From: Eledone cirrhosa
Taxonomy: Eukaryota
Length of the DNA stretch: 64,000 nucleotides
NCBI GenBank assembly: GCA_964016885.1
Contig: OZ024742.1
Location: 124,434,001 to 124,498,000, forward strand
Reading direction: 5' to 3'
Positions 43,928 to 58,016 of this stretch are shown here, in pieces. Numbering within the stretch: position 1 is the stretch's first letter; each line of letters opens with the position of its first letter. A program made the position numbers and the translations under genes. The notes below the pieces were generated by a model, which was not told where the DNA came from, did no database searches, and saw only the letters and a list, made by a program, of their open reading frames with translations.

Positions 43928-44911
43928 CGTGTGTGTGTGTGTATGTATATGTATGTATGTATGTATATTGTATTATTTATGTACGTTCATACGCGGAACA
44001 AAAGTGCTACCTGAGGTTTCACGGCCCAATATTCACGTTATCTCCAGATTGAATAGGGATCTAAATTGTCACCTAAATCTTTAGGCGCTAGAACAAGTTT
44101 GAGGATATCGTTAAAACGCTAGTTTATGAAAATCTAGTATTACAAAGGGAAACATCTTAAATATGTAAATTCGAAATAACAAATCAGTTGCACACATGTA
44201 ATATTAGTGGACTATAACAGATGTACGGTATTCTGGGGTATTGTTTAATATATGGATGGCAATGTTTATTAAGGTATGGAGTATAGTAATACAGAAGAAG
44301 TACTGTATTATGTACATGTGGGGAGACAAGAAAACATAGAGAAAAGAAAACATTGAGAAAACATATACATTCAATTAAGCTGGTTGAATATCAGTTGAAT
44401 TTGTTGAGTATTAATATGCAGTCAGTCTCTAGAATTTTCGTTGTTAGAATGCAAATAATTATTGTTCGGTGACGACAAACCTAGTAATATTCTATATTTC
44501 TCACTAAGGCAGAGACGACATCTCTTGACTTCATCGGTGTAAGACCTGAATTTTGAAATACCTTCCAAATAATCTTATATGGGAATACTTTCTCTTTAAA
44601 TTGGCTGATATCTTTGCCCAGGCTGTACTTATTAGGATTCCTGGAAGAGTGGAGATGCAAGTAAAAACGTTTTTCAAACATCAGATTTCTTTGCGGTGAT
44701 AGGCTTAATATGTACTTCATAGAAAACGGAGTTGATATTACATTTCTGTTGGGGAGGGCAGTTCTCTTTAATTAACTCTCATCTCTGGTCGAGCAAAGTT
44801 TTCCTTATCACTTGTTCACGCCTGAGGATATTTTCTGAACATACATATAAATATATGCATAGACACACTCACGCACACAAACACGCAAACACACTCGCAC
44901 ACGCACACACG

Positions 44912-44962
<51 letters not shown>

Positions 44963-47733
44963 CATTCTGTCATTACCACATCAGAGGATCGAAGAACTTT
45001 TGATTCCACGGTCGGGTCAGATCGATACAAATAGAACCTTGAAGTGATCAATAGCGAAACGCGAGTCACCTCTGAATAAACGTAATGAAGACTTAACAAA
45101 TTGTCCTTTTGTTATATATATATATAAGCAAAGATTGCCATCCACAAAAACGGCCACAGATGTTACTATATAATGTAAGTATTCTCTTCATTCATTATAT
45201 AGTTATGTTATTCTAATTAAGATTTTATACAGCTACTTTCAAACTTTAGACATGTAAGCAATTTTCTTTCACATCTAATTGATAGACGGTCTGTGGGTGG
45301 GTGCGTAATTTTCGAATATAATCTCGACACCTTACGCTTTTCGAGATCTAGTAACTATAACACAAGTGATGAAAAGTCAATAATGATATACAATGTTTCT
45401 TTTAAATGTAAATGTGAGGTATATATCATGTTACTGCCCGGAATGTAAATATAATAAACATAGTGGGATCGTTATATACATCATGTATTTGAATTATATA
45501 ATGATAAATAGATTTCTTCTTGTTATTTACTTATATTATCATCACAATCATTCATGCCAAAGTCTCTCCATAATTCACGATATTTGTATCGTCTGAGACT
45601 TGAGCGTTGAAGGTTCGAGCAGGAATTCCTCTCGTTCGACTGCCATGAGTTAGTTACCAAAATAGTAGTTTGTGTATGAACTCCAGCTTACTACATCAGG
45701 AAATTCCTGCAAATCATGTTTTCCTTTGAGAAATGTTATTTGTTATTTAGGGTAAGTCCGTATAAACTTTAATTTACAATACGTTAACACCACTTTATGT
45801 TTTTTTACAACCCTAAACATTTTAATACATGCATCATCTATTTTCTTCTCAAGTGCTTGTGTCATGGTACCTGTACCTTGTCCATACAACAACACTGACA
45901 GAAGAGATGTTATGAAGAATGGTATTTTTTATTATTCTGGGTAGATTTGACTTCCATACCATTTCCATTTTGTTTCAGCCCAGAATATATAAGAAATGAA
46001 TGTTCAAAAAACGATCAGACTATAAATATGAACGGCATTCTCTGTGTGTAAAACAGGATTTCTGGCATAATCACGTAATCACTCTGTAGCCTATATATTA
46101 ATATACATTTAGGATTAATAAATAGTATATTTTATAAAGAAAATAATGTAATGTGGGCTATACAAATTATAGATTTAATGGCTGCAATGAAACGGCAACA
46201 CTAACATTATGTAACGTTTGTTTATAACACACTATAATATTTTAATACTTTGACGGGAATTACGCATGCATCCACAATGGTGAAATTACTTTTTACTTAC
46301 TAAAGGAACAATTTGGGAAATTAACCTTCAAGTGCTTGAGATTTACATAGACAAGACGCGTGTACCTTTATAGCAATTATCCGGGCGTTTCATTCAGCGT
46401 ACATAGTTTGTAACATCACTGTTTTTTTAAATCACACATGCAACACGTTTTTCAGTTGAGTGGCGACCAGTAACGTAATATTAAGGGGCTTGCTCAAAAC
46501 CGAAACGTACCGCCAGAAAACGAATCCACGATCGCTAGATGAGCTTTCAAAACACTAAGCCATGTGCCTTCACAATAGAGTTATCGTAATGATCATATTG
46601 CATGCATTGTCAGGTAATTCCAGATTGAGACGTAAGGGCGCTATATTGATATACGGCGCTTCCACGGCATTTTAAGCAAGGCGGAATCCATTTCCTCTCC
46701 GGGCTTGAACCAATAAGAAGACAGTAGCGATGGGGGAGTCTGTCAAAGAACAGTTAATTTAATTGGATTAAGGATTTTCAACCAATTTAAAAACACTACC
46801 TGGCAGTAGAACACTTGTACTCTTCGGCAAATCATTTTCTCTCTTCGTCGTACATGGCCTGAAAGCCTTGCTATGTGTCGCACGCGCCATATTCCTTCTC
46901 TACATATAACTCAAGGACAATTAACGCTATATTCTTTTTATAGATAAATACGATTGTCATTTGTTTTATGCAATTTAATTTAATAGTTTTTTTCTCTATT
47001 GCCAAGTATTCCAGATTATATTTGATTTTCTTACTTATTCAAAGTTCAATACTTTATTTACTGTATATATTTTTTACTCTAAGATATACAATTGAAATCC
47101 TCTGTTTCCCCGTTAATTCGCCTATATGCATACAGAAATATGTAAGGTTCCATATTTTTTTCTTTCTTCAGTCAGTTTTTCATCATTAAATGAATTGACA
47201 AAACTTACAACCACATAAAATTAGGTTTGTATTTATGAGAACTAGTAACGAAATCAAGTAGCTATACGACTAGCCTGAAGCTCGTAAAAAATCTCATTAC
47301 CCAATCAACAAAGATTTGGATTTGTAATATTGAGATATAATATCCCTTTAATTTGTTCGTTATTGAAGCATTTCTCAGTTTTCCCGCCAGGCTTCTATGT
47401 TTTCTCAGACTGTTGTGATGGAAAATTAGGGAATATATCATTGTATTTATATTTCAAATAAATCCGTAACTGTCAGAAAAAAAAAGTTACACGTATGTTT
47501 ATATAATATTGTTTTGCGTACAGTCAAGTGATAAACAACATTTAGACACACACAGAAATACACACATCCATGGAATTCTGTGAGTTGTAACCGAATTTCT
47601 TTGCTAACGAGAATACGAAGCCTATATAAAAAGTAATTCCGAATGCGGCAGCAGTAACGCAACACACGCACACATACACATACACGAACATACACAGACA
47701 CGCACACACACACACATACACACGCCCACATAT

Positions 47734-47768
<35 letters not shown>

Positions 47769-47779
47769 CACGCACACAC

Positions 47780-47816
<37 letters not shown>

Positions 47817-48099
47817 ATAACATACTAATGAATCAAAACCTCAAATATATCTATAATTTTGTGTTTCTCAATGAGCAAGCTCAATAGACGTTATTTAGAG
47901 CCATAATAAGCAAATAAAGAGGTATATGTATCTACAGAGAGAGAAAGAGCCATATATTGCACAAGAACCACTGTATATTATATATATACTAAATGCATAT
48001 CCTTTAGAAGAATATGTACACAGGTGGAATCATAAGTGAAACCTTATAGCGCTATTCCAGTGTATGGCTAAAAATCGATCTTAGTCGAAAGGAAAAATG

Positions 48100-49150
48100 T
48101 GTACGTTTTTGCAACACTGATTTTCATTCCTGTCGTTCAGTGCACGACACGCAACCTATCCAATGCATGTGGGACATCACCTTCCAATGAGGTAAGTATC
48201 AACTTCTTCAGTGCAAATATTAGTCAACCGATACTACATCCACCGGGTTTGACACCGCTTCCAGCCTGTCTGCGCATTTTTAGCCTGTTGCTGAAAATCT
48301 GGGACAGGAGTTGACATTAAACATCATTGATTGGTTTCGACAAAGCACCAAATATCAAAATACAAATATGAGGGTATTCATTTACGGAATTAGGCAACAA
48401 GTATCTGTTCACCGATTAACCTTCCCCCGAAGATCTATCTCAAAAAGACAAGGGGAATGCGGTCGTATGAGTTTTCGAGGTCCATCAAGGAAATTTCTCT
48501 GAACTTAGAGCAATCTCTCTTATCAGGCTTTTTTAGAATTGGAATCATCCTTCAAAATTACCATTCGGTGCATTTCTAGAGATGAAGGCCACCCACACAT
48601 ATGACTCAGTCCCTGTAGATATATAACATTCCGTGCCGAATTCCCACATCCCTAGACCCAATGCTACACTTGTGTTTATTTACTCTTTTCACCACAGCTT
48701 CCGAAAGCTTAGTCTTTATCCCTACAAACAGATCGTGTACACCAGAATATGTTTTCACCGGATTTCGGAGATCAGAAAATTATTCTTTTCAGCTATCGAG
48801 GATGCAGAAGAAGGAATCCTGAAGAGGTCATAGTAGTATGCTTCGTGGGACATAAAAGAATACTTTAGTTGATGGTCTAACACCAAAGTTCTTCATTGTC
48901 TTAACCTTGCCCATTATTTTCTCTTAATGCTAGTGGAATTGTAATGCTAGTGGAATTAGAAATACATATTTTCCAACGAATATCTGTCGGCTTCTTTCTA
49001 TGCTCAGATGGCGTTTTTAACCAGGTGGCTTTCAGCCACACGGCGCAACACCGAGATGATTTCGCCCACTCCTTTTAACATCTGAAGCTGAAAATAGCGA
49101 ACTGAGCTATATCTACACCATTTCAAAGACATTAGTTAAATTTCCAGACG
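48100..49150 (-). mobile_element. Old RTE-like LINE fragment
   Basis: Minus translation near 48440-48550 reads IPILKKPDKRDCSKFREISL, then DLENSYDRIP. Boundaries are approximate. Confidence 0.5.
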
Positions 49151-50630
49151 AATTATAGCCATGTTTATCTCTTGGCTAGAACAAGATTTCTTTCAAACCA
49201 TAAACAACATTTTGTTATCATATTTCTTTTACCCTATTATGAACACTTTTTATTACGGCTTCGAACAATAATAATTTATTAATACATTGTTCTGGACACA
49301 CACACACATACAAACACACACACACACGCACACACACGCACACGCGCACACACACACATACACACGCACACACACACGCGCACACATACACCAACTCACA
49401 CACATACACACAAATACGCGTATCTCTCTCACTCTATCTATCTATCTATCTATCTATCTCTCTCTCTCTCTATATATATATATACATTTGAGTACAGCAT
49501 GGACGAATCTTTAGAATACGGCCAAGCTAGCGTATATGCATAATCGGTCTGTAGCTTGAGCACTCAGATGAGGAAAGACCCCATAGTAATAACATTACGT
49601 TCAGACAGCTTTGCAAATCAGATATAGCGGTCGGCAGTCCAGCCGCATCACTAGAACAACGAAAATACAGGACCCAGAAAAAGATTTTATACTGACCCGG
49701 ACATAGCGGGGAGGTTGAGTGCAAAATATATAACTTACATCGTATATCAACAATACAGATCACATATAGCATCCAACATCAGCGCTAAGTTTTTGAAAAT
49801 CCAAGATCGACAAATTGCTATTGCAGGAGTCTGCAATATAATGGTTTTTGACGACAGAACATAGGATTTACTTCTTCAGCAAGTCTTTCGTTCTTAACTC
49901 GAGCGGGTATGTTGTAGCTTTAAATGTCGCCACAGACACGTGGTTTATTCCAAGGGAGGTTACCCCCGCCTAGGCGGTGAATTCTAATTTGAGATAAAGG
50001 AATGAATCCCTTTAGACAAACCGAATAAAGCACTCAACCAGAAGTTCTCAAACAAACTTAAACAATTAATCAATCAATAGAATCATCTAATTAAATTAAT
50101 CAGTTAATCGTTAATTCTAGGAGTAAATATAAATGTTAGTCCAGCATTGAATTCATTTGCCAATATATATGTTATACACATACTGAATTAATTTGCCAAA
50201 GTCTGGGCTTTTTCTCCTTGAGAATTCTACATGTGCTTTTACACGGCTCTGTGTCATTCACAAATTTAGTACAGAGCAAAATACCTGTTGATAACGTGAT
50301 ATTTCTTGTTCGATCATTATACCTAAAGCTTATAATTTTAAGCAGACAGTATTTTGATTTAGGTGTCATAGAAACACTGCATTTGGATTTTAACATCAAT
50401 TCCAATGGGTCCAGGTCTGTGTTTTTTATCATTTATTTTGTTTTGACCTGTTTAGCTTGATTTGCTTTTTGGCTTAGGTAGTTGATGCTCTCTTGACCAC
50501 TATTTCAGTTTTGTATGGGGTCTTAACATATTGTTCAGCTCTGTTTTTTTTAACTGTGGATCGCTTGCCAGCATTATTTCTGATTTTTCCGTTTCGTTTC
50601 GCCTTTCCTACCCGCCGAAATGCGATTCTC

Positions 50631-50744
<114 letters not shown>

Positions 50745-52070
50745 TGTGTGTGTGTTTGTGTGTGTATGTTTGTGTGTCAGTGTGTAAATATATAAATAGG
50801 AAAAACAAATAAGATAAAATGTTACCTAATTTTACAACAATGTCCCGTCTGAGTTGCTGCTTTTATATTCGAATAATTTAAGGATATCCTTAGCTGTGAG
50901 TTCACGGATCCTCAAGAGACATTTCAAACCAAGAAATAAATATTCGTGTTTCAGTGGCCATTCCCCGCATTAACAGCTTTGCCATTTTGCCCGAGCAGCA
51001 AAATGCTGCTCATACATGGGTGTAGACTCTGTTGTTCTCTTCTACCATTCAATTGCTTAATTCATTTTTCGTACTATTTTTTCTTCATTTACTGAAGAGT
51101 TTTCATATGTAAAATATTTAGTGTTATCTTTAATGATGTCGTTACGTACGCCAAGGCCACTAATTTTAATGAAAAAAGGAATTTAACCAACTCTATTTTT
51201 CAGTTAATTTCTAATTTTTTTCTCTACAGCTGCTATTATATATGTGTGTAACATTAAGAAAATAAATTCTACGATTAAATAAGTTTATTAACTGATCATG
51301 ATTTTTATTATTTATATCTGTCGTATTCGATGCTTAAAGTTGAATTCTACAAAGGATACAAATTATTGTATAACATACATTAATTATCAGTTTAAGAATG
51401 TAGTCCAAACACGGGAACTTCATGTATGAATGTGGAGAAAATATAAGTGATAGAATAGTGCTTAGGTTTTACAATAACAATACCATATACATAGAGAGGA
51501 AATTAGAAATGATTTACCATTAGGATAATAGATAAACAAATATCATGAGTGAATCTCAAACTTTCGAACTTTCGAAGTGCTGAAGAAATAAATGTACAAG
51601 ATATAGGTTGCTCAAGCACAGAGCTTAACTAAAATTAGAGTCAGGTGCTACAAAATAACTTATACAAATCAGGCAAAGACTGTTAGAGACTGTAAATGCA
51701 GTCATTTTCTACGTTTGAACACCATATATATTCTCATAAATTTATTTTCTCAGCGCTACGTTAGTTCGAAAATTCGATCTTCACACGCGATGTTTCTTAA
51801 GATTTTCAAAGGTTACTTGATTCAGCTAGTTAATTTAGACGGCTAGAGTTTGTGAAATTCCCTTAGCTCAATGGTGAGACCTTTCAGTCGATATTTGAAA
51901 GATACACAGTTCGATTCTTCGTAGCGATCGTTGACAACTTTTTTTTTCTCTTTCTATGGGGGGTCTTAACCCCATTTATATGAGCTTTTTTATAGTAACT
52001 AAATGTAAACCTCAGTTTTTCTCTGCACTTATGAACACTACATTTTCTTACAAAATTATAATAATTATTA

Positions 52071-52702
52071 ATTAGTATTGGTGGTCTGAAATAGAGATGT
52101 ATATTTGAATGTACGTATAGTATATTTGATAATATAATGTATGTTTTGTTAAACACATTTTGAAGGCCATTCGCTATGAATTTTAAAGTAGTGAATAACG
52201 TCACATACCTCGTCTTGGCAACAGCAAACCGGAGCAATCGACGGTCGCCGTTTCTCACTTGTAAGTGGTCGTCAAGTCTACATAAACTTTCGCTTCTGCC
52301 GAGAGTTATAGAAACTAGATTCTTATAGAATTCTAGTTACGTTTATGAGCTGCTTAAACTCATTAAACTAGAGAGCGGTTGCCGACCCAGCAAAAGCTAG
52401 AAATTAGTATTGGTGCTCTGAAATATCTATGTTAATGAGTTTACACAGCTCATCAACATAACTGGAATTCTATAAGAATCTAGCTTCTATAATTCTTGGC
52501 AGAAGCAAAGGGGTATGTAGTCTTGACGACCACTTACAGGTGAAAAACGGCGACCGCTTTGCTTTTGACGAGACTAGGTATGTGACGGTAGTCACTACTT
52601 TAAAATTCATAGTGAATGGTCTTCAAAATGTATTAAAATAAACATAGAGCATATTATTAAGTATGCTATGCGTACATTCAAAATAATTATTGCTTTTGCT
52701 GG
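52071..52702. repeat. Fold-back inverted repeat (~265-bp arms, 52104-52370 / 52427-52682)
   Basis: For example gtaagtggtcgtcaag / cttgacgaccacttac and ctatgaattttaaagtagtga / tcactactttaaaattcatag. Confidence 0.85.
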
Positions 52703-53344
52703 AAGATTACAAATTATGTAGTCGAAAAGTAAAATGTCTAAATACTTAGCAAACTTAGTGTCAATTTAAAAGGCTCTGACATTGAAGATAAAATACAAGT
52801 TAAGTGTGTATTAGAATTGAAAAATTATACTGGCATGGCGTTTAAAATTGGAAATTTATCACAAAAGTTAATGAAAATTAAAAATTAGCTTCTAAAGTCA
52901 AATTATTAAAACTTCCATCTTTTACCAAGGTGTTCACATGAAATTAATTTCGTATTTGACGTTGTTCTTAATTTTTGGTTTCATTGGTGGTATTTATATT
53001 GCATTTAAACTGTTGTGCGAATGAATATAACATTGGATATTGTGACTTATTGACATAGTGTATGAAATGTAGAGGAATATAATATTATGATAGAGAAATT
53101 TGAAATGCATTAGGACCATTTGGATGATTACGATATAATTGCAAGATATGGGATTTTTTTTTGTTTCATACTAGAAGTAAGAATTATATAAAGATTTAAA
53201 GAATCCTAAAGATAACATCTTCAAACAGATTATATTTCTATATCATAATTAAATGTTATCATCCTCGGATTATATTTAAACATTAGCGTTATACATAGAA
53301 CTAATGTATAAATGTATTGTTCTAATCACACACAAACAGGTATA

Positions 53345-53702
53345 CGCATGCGCACACGCATAGCTCTATATACAAAAGTCTTTTTGTTTTCCTTTTGAGA
53401 TAAACCTGCTCCATCTTCCACTTTTATAAGAAAATAATATCTTACACAAAACTCCAGCATCAACAGTTTTCCAGAGATGTCAACATAAATGGACCTGTTA
53501 TTTTTCTGTAAGGATTTTTCCAATCCGCCCAGCCCGTCCTCTCAAACTTTTTAATTTCTTATTCATTCTTCTGATGAAGGAATAGCGTCCGAAAGGTTAA
53601 GACCCTCGTCCTGCTATTTAAGGCTTTAAACTAAAAATTCCTTCCATATACTGCATATGTTGTACCGTTTGTTTTGTTATTTTTCTTTAACTTTTACATA
53701 CA
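53345..53702 (+). mobile_element. Solo pseudo-LTR-like module of HHR family A
   Basis: Colinear with 55550-55890 and 27935-28180 (cagca.caacagtttt..agagatgtcaacat.aatgg.cct.tta ... HHR ... ccttccatatactg ... cttttacata). Confidence 0.8.
53567..53602 (+). ncRNA. Minimal type I hammerhead ribozyme, family A copy 2
   Basis: tctt CTGATGA a gga-atagcg-tcc GAAA gg TT aaga, with a C>G lesion in stem III. Confidence 0.65.
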
Positions 53703-53939
53703 CAGATATATATATGTGAACGAATCGGGACCTTGACGCGTGAGCTCCTACCATTTGAATAGCTAAATCTGAACTCCTATCTAGCTGTTGAAACGACAGG
53801 AGCTCAGAAAGACGGGGACCCGATTCCTTCATATTACCAACTCCACTACTCCAAGTGTTGAGTACTCTCGTGAGTAATGGTCTAAGTGGTTTTTACTGCA
53901 TCCATTCTGATTTATTCATATTTGTATATATATATATAT

Positions 53940-55374
53940 CCCCTCCCACATCCACGATACAAATCATGCCCTTAGACTTTTCAACTCTTTCTCCTTCCCT
54001 CCTGGTCCATCCCGCCTTCTCTTTACCCTGGACATCACTTCTCTCTATACCGTCATCCCTCACGATGACGACCTCCGTGCTCTCCACCATTTTTTAGATT
54101 TACGCCTTACCTTTTACCCCAGCACTACCACTCTTCTCCGTCTGGCTGAGCTTGTTCTCACCCTTAATGGATTTTCTTTTTCGGGTGAATTTTACCAGCA
54201 GGTCTCTGGGGTAGCGATGGGAACCAGAATGGGTCCAAACTATGCCAACTTGTTTGTTGGCTACGTCGAAGCCCAGATGTTTTCCCAGTAAGCTGGACCG
54301 ACTCCTAAGCTATAAGGTCGTTATATCGACGACTGTATCGGCGCCTCCTCTCTATCACGTGAACTGTTTTCTTTCTTTTGTCCAATCTGTCCATCCAGCT
54401 CTCAATTTTCAGCGCCTCGGTCTCCGATTCTTGTGTGCGCTTTTCTAGATATCTCTCTATTTATTAATCACTCTCAGCACACCCTCTCTACTCCCATCTA
54501 CATTAAACCAACATACTCCCAATCTTATCTCAACTTCACCTCCTCCCATCCAACCCACACCAAACACTCCATAGCCTATTCCCAATTCCTCCGTCTTCGT
54601 CGATTCTGTAGCCAGGACGACGATTTCAAAACCCATTCCCTTCGCATGGCTTCCTGCTTCATCCAGCGTGGATATCTCCCCACCTTGATCCAAGCTGCTC
54701 TCACCCGCGCCCGTGAAACAGACCGCACCACAGCCCTCTCATCTCACCCCCACCCTCCCAACACACGTGTCCCTTTTCCTCTCACCTACCACCCCAGCAC
54801 CCTACCAATCTGGCGACATATTCTCCGTTCCTTCCGTATCCTCTCTTCTGACTCCGTTACTTCTCAATTTTTTTCGAAACCCACCCAGTACTGCTTTTAA
54901 GCACCCCCTAAACCACCGCGACCTCCTGGTTCGTAGTTCTTTTTCGTCCACTCCCATGGCTCCATCCGACTCTCATCCTTGTTCCCGTTCCGCTGCAACA
55001 GTTGTCCCTTTATTTCCACCCTCACCTCTCTTACAGGCCCTAACAGGTCTTTCCGTATCCACCATTTCTTCACCTGCACATCCACCCACGTTGTCTATGC
55101 CCTCCGGTGTTCCCTTTTCGTGTGTTTATATATCGGACAAACGGGGCGCGGTACGGCGGACCGTTTTGCCGAACATTTGAGGGACATACGACTCAGTTTG
55201 GATACTTCTGTCGCCCGTCATTTCTGTTCTCGTGGTCATTCTTCCCTACATGTTTCAGTCCTGGGTGTCCAGCATGGATCACAGGCCTCGTGCACCAGAA
55301 CTGAACAAAGTCTGATTCACCATCTTGGGTCCTATTCTTCTCTTGGACTCAACTCACCTCCCCAATTTCTCTAA
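53940..55374 (+). pseudogene. Penelope-like element (Neptune-like) RT plus GIY-YIG, 5'-truncated and disrupted
   Basis: LLRLAELVLTLNGFSF..FYQQVSGVAMGTRMGPNYANLFVGYVE, RYIDDCIG, FLDISL, YIKPT..SYLNFTSSHP, YSQFLRLRRFCS, FTCTSTHVVYALRC..LYIGQTGR..DRFAEH. Confidence 0.88.
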
Positions 55375-55765
55375 TACCCCGTCCATTATCATACCCCTAG
55401 ATTCCTATCGCTTTATCATAGCTTCGCATTTACATGCGCATACACATTCTTTTACGCACTTATACACACATATCTCTTCTTAGCTTCGTACAGACCTATA
55501 ACAACATACACACACAAACACACACACACACGCGCGCGCGCGCCCGTGCTCGTGTATAGCTCTTTTTACAAAACGTTTTTTTTTTCCATTTCAGGTAGAC
55601 GCGCGCCATCATCCACTTTTCTAAAAAACAAATCATACACAAAACGCCAGCACCAACAGTTTTGCAAGAGATGTCAACATGAATGGTCCTATTATTTGTA
55701 TCTAAAGACATTTTTTTCCAATTCCATCCCGCCCGTCCATTTAATCTATTTTATTTTTCCTTCTT

Positions 55766-55802
55766 TTTTTTGATGAAGGACCTAGCGTCCGAAACGTTAA
55801 GA
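55766..55802 (+). ncRNA. Minimal type I hammerhead ribozyme, family A copy 3 (3' pseudo-LTR of the Neptune-like PLE)
   Basis: tttt TTGATGA a ggac-ctagc-gtcc GAAA cg TT aaga, with C3 changed to U. Confidence 0.65.
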
Positions 55803-55940
55803 CCCTCTTCCTGCTACATCAAGCGTTAATCTAATATATACCTTCCATATACTGTACCGTTTGTGTTGTTATTTCTGTTTACCTTTTACATACATATATA
55901 TATATACATGTGTTCTGTGTGTGTGTGTGTGTGTGCGTGC

Positions 55941-55996
<56 letters not shown>

Positions 55997-55997
55997 A

Positions 55998-56175
55998 CAC
56001 GAGGGCGTGCTGAAATGTTCCTGGCTTTAAGGGTACTGCGAAAGGGTTGATCTGTGAAATTTACAGTTGAGGCGAAACTGAGAGGGGAATATGTTCAATA
56101 AAATCATAATTAACTGATCCTCTATTTTCTTTTACTCAAAGTGGAGCCACCTCTGCTGGAGAACTTTTTCGACAA
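55998..56175. mobile_element. Possible Tc1/mariner-type MITE remnant
   Basis: Left end acgagggcgtgctgaaatgttcctgg resembles mariner-type termini, with an imperfect complement (ggagaactttttcg) near 56158-56172. Confidence 0.35.
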
Positions 56176-56372
56176 ATGCGAGACAGTTCTCCAGAAAAAT
56201 CAACCAGGAATCTTTAGAAAAAACTCATCAATGGCGTTAACAAAGAACTTATTACATTTGTGATACACAATTGTAAAATTGTAATATTATAACATTAAAT
56301 TGTTTAGAACTACAAATGAAGTCATTATTTTCCCTTCTTACGAAGGAAAGAGCGGTCAAAGGAGGAGGAGGG

Positions 56373-56494
56373 GAAGAAGAAGAAGAAGAAGAAGAAGAAG
56401 AAGAAGAAGAAGAAGAAGAAGAAGAAGAAGAAGAAGAAGAAGAAGAAGAAGAAGAAGAAGAAGAAGAAGAAGAAGAAGAACAAGAAGAAGAAGA
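56373..56494 (+). repeat. (GAA)n microsatellite
   Basis: About 40 units. It accounts for the poly-E/R/S/L ORFs. Confidence 0.95.
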
Positions 56495-56554
56495 GTGAGA
56501 GAAAGAACGAAAATAAAAAAGAGCGTATTGCATATGATCAATGATAGGGGGGCC

Positions 56555-56587
<33 letters not shown>

Positions 56588-57560
56588 CAAAGAAGGAAGG
56601 AGATTGATAGAGCATATATGTTGACGTAAAAAAATAAGTATGGGATAACAGTGGAGAAATTAACGTTGAAACACATAACAGAACGAAAATGTGTGTGTGT
56701 GCACGTGTGTGTGCACGTGTGTGTGTGTTTGTGTTTGTATATGTGTGCATGTTTCTAGTTATTAAGGGTACGCTACCTATCTATAACAATTATATTTGTT
56801 GCTTTCGTATATCTGCTCCATGCTTTTATTACACATCTCTACATCACTTTTACAATTATATTTTCGATTTATATATTCCCGCATATATGTATATATCATA
56901 TCTTGTATTCATCTCCATGTCCGTAATGTGAAAACTTCATATTCATGTAACTAAATATTTTTAAGGTTTATATCTATTTCTTATCCGGTATTCTCCATAT
57001 GAAACTTCTTGTAACTTTTCTACGATTTCCCCTTTATAATCCCTCCCAATACTATAATAATCTGCGTAATAGGAGAAGCTATTTTGATCCGAGATTCCTA
57101 ATATGCTAAACAAAAATATAATGATACACCTTATATCACGATATTCTACGAGAAACCAATTGAATAAATCCTTAATTGTACACTAGATAACCTGCATATA
57201 GTATATACTCAAACCGATCCAATTCATCGTACATCATTTATATTTTCAATCCATAACAACCAGTCGCATTTCATTCAGGAAAAAAAAATGATAGGATTTT
57301 ACTTAAAATCCTAGATATTTATTCATCTCCAACACAAATATAATCCCTACATCAGCAACATGTCTCAGGGAACGTATTTATAGCTTTTGACTGTTTACAT
57401 ATAATTAAACAACATTCACATATATTATATATAATACGGATATCCACACAGAGTGGCACGAAGTCATATACGTTCAATGAGTCAACAAACAGAGGTACGA
57501 AAAGACTTATTAGTTTCAAGCTTTATATGGGATAGGAGAAACAACGTTCGACGTTCGCAC

Positions 57561-57630
<70 letters not shown>

Positions 57631-57633
<3 letters not shown>

Positions 57634-58016
57634 GTTAAAATACTGGAGCGTGTTTGAATTAAACACCCTCTTCGTATTATAGAAATGACAGTAAAAGGTA
57701 TAGCTCAATGTAGTTAAACAGAGCCGAAAAATTAAGAGAGTAAAACAAAGAAGCCTTCAATACATCAAAAGTCTTTATTAGCCGACAATGTTTCGTCCTT
57801 AGTAATTTTCATTATATATTTTTATTATTTTTATTATATATTTTTGCAATACTTTAGAATATGTACACTCCATATTCTTCGGAGCTTCTGGCTTGTATCT
57901 GCCGTTATTACTTCTTGTTGTTTGAATTGCCCTGATGAGTCCTTAATAGGACGAAACATTGTCGGCTAATAAAGACTTTTGATGTATTGAAGGCTTCTTT
58001 GTTTTACTCTCTTAAT
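57631..58016 (+). mobile_element. ~385-bp ORF-less HHR module with a partial inverted copy, inserted in (TA)n
   Basis: 57731-57799 is the exact reverse complement of 57948-58016. It contains the HHR at 57926-57970. Confidence 0.8.
57926..57970 (+). ncRNA. Canonical type I hammerhead ribozyme
   Basis: att-gcc CTGATGA gtcct-taat-aggac GAAAC att GTC ggc-t-aat. The core is intact, with a G10.1-C11.1 pair, a 5-bp stem II and a GUC cleavage triplet at 57961-57963. Confidence 0.9.
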
